In this document: positions 58,757-64,000 of the stretch, one piece after another | Position numbering within the stretch: the first letter of the stretch is position 1 | Layout of the letters: each line of letters opens with the position of its first letter | Assembly (NCBI GenBank): GCA_011364965.1 | Contig: RDOB01000002.1 | Coordinates: 352,001-416,000 of the forward strand | Direction: 5' to 3' | Length of the DNA: 64,000 nucleotides | Origin: Candidatus Heimdallarchaeota archaeon | Lineage (GTDB): Archaea; Asgardarchaeota; Heimdallarchaeia; Hodarchaeales; Hodarchaeaceae | Made by a program: the position numbers and the translations under genes | Notes under the pieces: generated by a model | Told to the model about the DNA's origin: nothing | The model's input: only the letters and a program-made list of their open reading frames with translations | Database searches by the model: none

Positions 58757-60838
58757 GTGTTGATACTTGAAAAAAGCTTCCCTCTAGAAAAAGTTCAAAC
58801 TTTAACAAAAATTGAGTCTCAAAGGCGTCAATTCTACAGACCCATATACTCTTTACACAAATCTTGGGCAAGACGTCCTGGAACATTGTTTCGAGCAGTA
58901 GGATTAACTCATTTTTACCCCTCACAACTTTTTTCTGGTGAAGATCTCAAAAAAAGTCCTTATTACCATAACCATTCGTTCAAAAATTCAATAGTTTTGG
59001 ATCCTTTTGCAGGAGGAGGAACAACTCTTGTTGAATTCAATCGTTTAGGAATTAGAACAATTGGTATTGACACGAATCCTGTAGCTTGGTTTACGACCAA
59101 AAAAGAATTAGAATTTTTTGATTTAAATGAGTTTAATAACGAAGCTGACAGAATATTTTTTAAAATCGGAGAAAAAATACAATCATATTATAAAACAGAT
59201 TGTCCTGCATGTGGTAATAAGAATGCAGATATTATGTATACCTTTTGGGTGAGGAAAATTACTTGTCCTAGCTGTAATTCGAAACAGGATCTTTTCAAAT
59301 ACTATATTATCGGAAAAAAGCAACGACAGCACCAAAAAACTTGTTTAATATGTCCTAAATGCAACTTCCTTTTTTATTCTAAAAAACAATTAAACGGTGA
59401 AAGCATCTGTCCTAGTTGCTTAAAGCATTTTTATCCGTTGAAGGGGAATTGCAGGAAGAAGATTTTTATTTGTACATGCTGTGGTAATGAATTCAAATTA
59501 CTAGACGTCTTAAAAAATAGCTCTGAGGGCTTAAACCAAAAACAGATAGCAATTGAATACTTTTGTCCTTCATGCAGATCAAGGGACTATAAAAAGATAT
59601 CAAAAACTGATTTAGATTTGTATAAGAAAACTAAAGATGAATTTGAAGAATTAAAAGATGAACTTCTATATCCCAGAACCAAATTGCCAAGATCTGGAGT
59701 AAATATCAGGAATTTAATAAATTATGGTTTCGAGTTCTTCGCTGACCTTTTCAATCCCCGACAATTGTTGTGTTTAAGCTTGCTTCTAAAAGAAATTTCC
59801 CAAATTACCTCTGAGAGGGTACAAGAATATTTTTTGCTTGCTTTTTCAAGTAGCTTAGAGTTTCATACCGTTTTATGTCCGTATAATTATACTATGAAGC
59901 AAATTGTGAATATATTTAATTATCAATCCTTTCTAGTACCTCTACTGTATGTTGAGAACAATGTTTGGGGAACTGAAAAAGGAAATGGGACTTTTAAAAC
60001 ATATCTTGATAGAATCCGGAAAGCGAAGAATTATTGTGTGAAACCTTTTGAGATTTTCTCTGAAAATGGTAAGATAACAAAGATCCCTATTCTTGGGGAA
60101 CGGATTAATGCTGAAATGGTTGAAGATTTTGCCTCTCTTAAAAGAAGTAGCACTCCTAGTTCTTATCTAATTTGTGGTTCCTCTATGCAATTAACATTAT
60201 ATGGTATTGAGTCTAAATCAATAGATATCGTAGCAACTGACCCTCCATACTTTGATTTCATTCAATATTCTGAATTAGCTAATTTCTTTTATGTTTGGTT
60301 AAGAATTGTACTAGAGTCTCGCTATTCAGCCTTTAAAAGCGAGTTGATTTCTAGCTATGCTGAATTAGGTTCTGATAAAAAACCATCACAGTTTCTAGCT
60401 GGTTTAACTAATGTTTTTAAGGAATGTTATCGTGTATTGAAAGAAAAAGCCCCTCTAGTATTTACCTTTCATCATTCAAGCGATTCTGCGTGGGGGATAA
60501 TTTTACAGTCTATATTTCTTAGTAATTTTGTCGTAACAGCTGCTTATCCTATACACAGTGAATTTAAAGCAAGACCCACAACAGGAAGAAATTACGATAT
60601 ACTACTTATTTGTAGGAAGAGAGAGAGTTTAATCAAAATAAATACCGTAAGTTGGAAGGAAATTAAAGAAAAAGTAAAGAAAGAAGTTCAAATTGTTCAA
60701 AACTGTAAAAACAAAGAAACTTATAAATGGGAGGAGACCTTTAGTAATATTATCCCGCTAATTTCCAGTTCATTAACACCTGAATTATTATCTGATCTAA
60801 ATAGTGATTTAAAAGAAGTTTTTTCACTTTTACAATAA
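58757..60838 (+). CDS. Zn-ribbon-containing DNA amino-methyltransferase (COG1743/DUF1156-like)
   Basis: LHKSWARRP, DPFAGGGT, six CxxC pairs, TDPPY, FTFHH. Confidence 0.88.
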   Translation: MLILEKSFPLEKVQTLTKIESQRRQFYRPIYSLHKSWARRPGTLFRAVGLTHFYPSQLFSGEDLKKSPYYHNHSFKNSIVLDPFAGGGTTLVEFNRLGIRTIGIDTNPVAWFTTKKELEFFDLNEFNNEADRIFFKIGEKIQSYYKTDCPACGNKNADIMYTFWVRKITCPSCNSKQDLFKYYIIGKKQRQHQKTCLICPKCNFLFYSKKQLNGESICPSCLKHFYPLKGNCRKKIFICTCCGNEFKLLDVLKNSSEGLNQKQIAIEYFCPSCRSRDYKKISKTDLDLYKKTKDEFEELKDELLYPRTKLPRSGVNIRNLINYGFEFFADLFNPRQLLCLSLLLKEISQITSERVQEYFLLAFSSSLEFHTVLCPYNYTMKQIVNIFNYQSFLVPLLYVENNVWGTEKGNGTFKTYLDRIRKAKNYCVKPFEIFSENGKITKIPILGERINAEMVEDFASLKRSSTPSSYLICGSSMQLTLYGIESKSIDIVATDPPYFDFIQYSELANFFYVWLRIVLESRYSAFKSELISSYAELGSDKKPSQFLAGLTNVFKECYRVLKEKAPLVFTFHHSSDSAWGIILQSIFLSNFVVTAAYPIHSEFKARPTTGRNYDILLICRKRESLIKINTVSWKEIKEKVKKEVQIVQNCKNKETYKWEETFSNIIPLISSSLTPELLSDLNSDLKEVFSLLQ

Positions 60839-60952
60839 AAATAAGTCAATAAAGGTCTATTCACCAACTTTTTTTCTTTATTTGAATATAAAAACCTGAA
60901 ACTTAAAAAGGTGAAGAGAAGGATTATTGGATGAACAAAAACTAGATTCAAG

Positions 60953-61615
60953 ATGATTATGATGCCTGGAGAATTCTTTGGGAAAATTTTAATGGAAAAA
61001 AATATACATAAACGAGGAACCCAGTTATTTCTTAAGATTGTAGAGTTAACAGAAGTATGTTTTGAGAAATATGAAGACGCAGTAAAAGCTTGGAGAAATG
61101 GGGAATATGAGAAAGGTTTAGCATTAAGAGATGAAATAATTAAGATAGAACAGGAAGCAGATGAAATCAAAGACACCTTTTTTGAAACAATTTTCACAAA
61201 AAAAGCTTATCTTCCTCAAATCACCGAAGAAAGATATCAATTAATGCTGAACGCTGATCATGTAATGGATAGAATCGAGCGAGCTGTTAGAACGCTATGT
61301 TTGAAAAAAATTGATAGTAGTTATTTTCCTGCTGAATTTGATAAGCTTTTAGATAAAACAGAAGATGTTATGGATTTATTTGTAAAAGCAAATGAGTATT
61401 TTTTCGATGATTATGAGAAATCAGCAAATGCTGCTCAGAAATTAGAAAAACTTCGCGATGAAGTTCGGGATCTATATTATTTAATACAAGAAAAATTAGT
61501 TAACGATGAATTACCTCGTGGAACAGAAAGAGTGTTAAATGTAACTACTCGGATAAGCATAACAGCTGAGGAAGCCACCGACTATTTAAAAGTACTTATA
61601 GCAAAGCATAGTTAG
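60953..61615 (+). CDS. DUF47 / PhoU-like phosphate transport regulator
   Basis: Helical repeat with IEQEADEIK and LPxxxEER patterns; upstream of PiT. Confidence 0.85.
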   Translation: MIMMPGEFFGKILMEKNIHKRGTQLFLKIVELTEVCFEKYEDAVKAWRNGEYEKGLALRDEIIKIEQEADEIKDTFFETIFTKKAYLPQITEERYQLMLNADHVMDRIERAVRTLCLKKIDSSYFPAEFDKLLDKTEDVMDLFVKANEYFFDDYEKSANAAQKLEKLRDEVRDLYYLIQEKLVNDELPRGTERVLNVTTRISITAEEATDYLKVLIAKHS

Positions 61616-61636
61616 TCTGTTTCGAGGCGTTAGATT

Positions 61637-62638
61637 GTGGCAGATCCTACATTAGCTATAGCCGCTCTAGGTTTGGGTTTTTTCGTTGCATTTACGATTG
61701 GGGCCAATGATGAAACAATGACTCCGGCAGTTGGAGCTGGATTGCTCTCATTAAGTATTGCTGTTTTAATTGGAGGAATATTCAATTTTATAGGAGTTTT
61801 TTTCCTCGGTGAATCTGTTTCGAAAACGGTGGGGAATAAATTCACAGATCCCAATTTTACATTATCTCTATCCATGGTTTTTGTAATTTTGATATCAATG
61901 GCGATTTGGCTATTTATCGTTTCAATCAAAGGAGTACCAATTTCATCAACTCAAAGTATAGTCGGCAGCGTTTTGGGCGTTGTACTTATTCAACCTGGGT
62001 GGGGATTAGCTGCGCTAAATTTTGACACACTTTTTCTTGTAGTAGCTAGTTGGGTCATCAGTCCAATATTAGGATTGCTAGGAGGTTATGGGTTTTATCG
62101 TTTCATTAATTTCCTGAGGTCACAAGTAAAAACACAGGGATACTCGGATTATGAAAAACAGGAAAAAATCGCTGCTTATATCTTAGCTATATTTCTATTA
62201 TTTTCTGTTTTCAGTCGGAGTGGCAATGATGTAGCAAAAGCGATCGGACCATTAATGGTTGAAGATCTATTCTTAAATGATCCATTACCTGCTTTAATTG
62301 CAGGAGGATTCGGAATGTGCTTAGGTGTTATTATTTTGGGTCGTAGAGTGGTTAAAAAACTTGCTCTGGATGTTGTAGCCCTTTCTCCGATGTCTGCACT
62401 GGCTGCTAGTGTATCAGTTTCAATTATTATGTTTTTTGGTACTTTGATGGGAATCCCGCTATCAGGATCCCATATATTAGTTGCTGCATTCATTGGTGTC
62501 GGGTTTGTCAATAAGGAGAAAGTAGATAAAGATTCGCTAAAGGAAATAGGAATTAGCTGGATTATAACCACACCAATTTCAGCGGTCTTCTCAGCTTTAG
62601 TATTCATTATATTTGGATTTTTTGGTTTAAATTTCTAA
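61637..62638 (+). CDS. PiT-family inorganic phosphate transporter
   Basis: GAND, GNDVAKAIG, GVPISSTQ and GIPLSGSH signatures. Confidence 0.93.
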   Translation: MADPTLAIAALGLGFFVAFTIGANDETMTPAVGAGLLSLSIAVLIGGIFNFIGVFFLGESVSKTVGNKFTDPNFTLSLSMVFVILISMAIWLFIVSIKGVPISSTQSIVGSVLGVVLIQPGWGLAALNFDTLFLVVASWVISPILGLLGGYGFYRFINFLRSQVKTQGYSDYEKQEKIAAYILAIFLLFSVFSRSGNDVAKAIGPLMVEDLFLNDPLPALIAGGFGMCLGVIILGRRVVKKLALDVVALSPMSALAASVSVSIIMFFGTLMGIPLSGSHILVAAFIGVGFVNKEKVDKDSLKEIGISWIITTPISAVFSALVFIIFGFFGLNF

Positions 62639-62672
62639 AATTCTCAATTCTATTATTCGTTGGAACATAATA

Positions 62673-64000
62673 ATGGAAAATCAAGAAACAAAACCGAAAT
62701 TAATTGAAATTTCTTTCCCCTTTTCTTCAGTTAGCTTAATAGCATATAAAGAAAGTAATGCAAAAAGATATTATCGACCTGTTTTGACCCTACACAAATG
62801 GTTTGCTCGTCGACTTAGCTCTGTATTTAGATCGATATTAATTTACTCAGCACTTAGTGAAAAGTCAATTAATACAATGAACATGATCAATGCATCGGAA
62901 TTAGAGAAATTTTGGACTTTCTACTTGAAAGAGTATGATTTTAAAGATATAATCGTTTTTGATCCTTTTATGGGTGGTGGTACAACAATTATTGAAGCAG
63001 TTAGGCTTGGCTTTTCGGTCATAGGTGGTGATTTAAATCCAGTTGCATGGTTTACTGTGAAGAAACAATTAGAGAGTGTAGATCTTGAAGTTTTAAATTC
63101 AAATTATAATCGAATTGTGGAAAGTCTTTATCCTGAAATTCAAGATTATTATAAAACGATATGTACGAAGTGTTCACAAGAATCGAATGTGATGTATTTT
63201 TTTTGGATAAAAAGAGTGAGATGTGAAAAGTGTGAAAATAAAATATCCCTCTTTCGGAGTTATTTATTTGCATACGACCGAAATGATTCCCAACGCGCCT
63301 TTTTCATATGCCCAAATTGCGCAGCTATTTTTAATACTGAAAATAAAGAAAAAATAGCTTGTAATGTATGCTTATATACTTTCAAGAAATCCAAATCGAA
63401 TGTAACAAGAGGAAAATACCACTGTCCAGAATGTAAGCATTTTGGAAGGATAATTGACTCGAATAGGAAATTTGGCCGCCCTGAAGAGTATTTATATGCT
63501 ATAGAATATTATTGTGACAACTGTGATTCAAGGTTTTTCAAAAAAGCAGACATTTATGACATAGAGGTTTATAAAAAGGCAGAGAAACGATTTAAAAAAA
63601 TCGAAATCCAATTACCAATTCCATCACAGTCAGTTCCAGTTGGAGCAAAAACTCAGGAGCTTCTCAATCATCAAATCAGTCACTTCAAGTATATGTTTAA
63701 TTCACGACAATTATTAACCCTTGGTCTACTACTGGACAAAATTTTGGAGATTAAAGATAGAAATATTAGGGAATTTTTGCTTATTACTTTTTCTACTGCT
63801 CTAGAATACAATAATTTGTTATGTGAATATCATAGAAAAAATCATTATATCTACAATCTTTTCAGAAAACATGCTTTTCCAGCTACTTTGAATCCTGTTG
63901 AAAATAATGTTCTAGGAACAAGTAGGTTTGGTACTGGATCTTTTAGACAATTCTTCAAAAAAACCTTGAAAATTAAGGAATATTGTCAAAATCCTTATGA
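62673..64000 (+). CDS. Second COG1743/DUF1156-like Zn-ribbon DNA methyltransferase (runs off the window; absent from ORF track)
   Basis: Manual translation: MENQETKPKLIEISFPF...RPVLTLHKWFARR...DPFMGGGTT...DLNPVAWF; six CxxC (CTKC, CEKC, CPNC, CNVC, CPEC, CDNC). Confidence 0.9.
   Translation, partial: MENQETKPKLIEISFPFSSVSLIAYKESNAKRYYRPVLTLHKWFARRLSSVFRSILIYSALSEKSINTMNMINASELEKFWTFYLKEYDFKDIIVFDPFMGGGTTIIEAVRLGFSVIGGDLNPVAWFTVKKQLESVDLEVLNSNYNRIVESLYPEIQDYYKTICTKCSQESNVMYFFWIKRVRCEKCENKISLFRSYLFAYDRNDSQRAFFICPNCAAIFNTENKEKIACNVCLYTFKKSKSNVTRGKYHCPECKHFGRIIDSNRKFGRPEEYLYAIEYYCDNCDSRFFKKADIYDIEVYKKAEKRFKKIEIQLPIPSQSVPVGAKTQELLNHQISHFKYMFNSRQLLTLGLLLDKILEIKDRNIREFLLITFSTALEYNNLLCEYHRKNHYIYNLFRKHAFPATLNPVENNVLGTSRFGTGSFRQFFKKTLKIKEYCQNPY

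Noticed and set aside
60721-63273. Minus-strand ORFs 60721-61197, 61630-61929, 62176-62607 and 63052-63273
   Set aside because: Antisense to the DUF47, PiT and methyltransferase genes.
1-64000. CRISPR arrays, rRNA, tRNA, IS elements, provirus, selenocysteine read-through
   Set aside because: By eye I saw no regularly spaced repeats, structured RNA genes, transposase/integrase/capsid genes or in-frame TGA at cysteine positions.

Overview
Gene-dense, low-GC archaeal chromosome segment. It is most consistent with an Asgard archaeon, probably Heimdallarchaeia; this is inferred from a RadA with a Rad51-like GEYRTGKTQ Walker A, Cdc6/Orc1, a RIO kinase, a COG1107 RecJ and a CTERM-type sorting tail. 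Left to right it holds: (1) hypF (truncated by the window edge), a maturation protease and an 11-gene complex-I-like group 4 [NiFe]-hydrogenase operon (nuoA,B,C,D,H,I,J(split in two),K,L,M/N-like) followed by hypC/hypE; (2) a two-gene unit encoding a CBS-pair plus 4-TM protein and a membrane protein with an RGG tail, an APD1-4-like ectodomain, zinc ribbons and a C-terminal RING-like domain, which is the best candidate for an undescribed eukaryote-like membrane ubiquitin-ligase signalling system; (3) cdc6, a Yip1-like gene, RIO kinase, radA and glpK; (4) two 4-hydroxybutyryl-CoA dehydratase paralogs around an orphan PAS histidine kinase; (5) a class III ribonucleotide reductase with a LAGLIDADG intein, a large insertion and a fused thioredoxin-like domain, plus its activase; (6) a MacB-type ABC transporter, PspC, RecJ, a tandem metallophosphoesterase, a subtilase, ACD-alpha and GalT; (7) three DNA methyltransferases with no visible nuclease, interrupted by a DUF47-PiT phosphate cassette. 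Both antiporter-like hydrogenase subunits lack canonical proton-pumping charged residues. I recognised no rRNA, tRNA, CRISPR array or IS element. All family assignments come from recognising motifs by eye, not from database searches.
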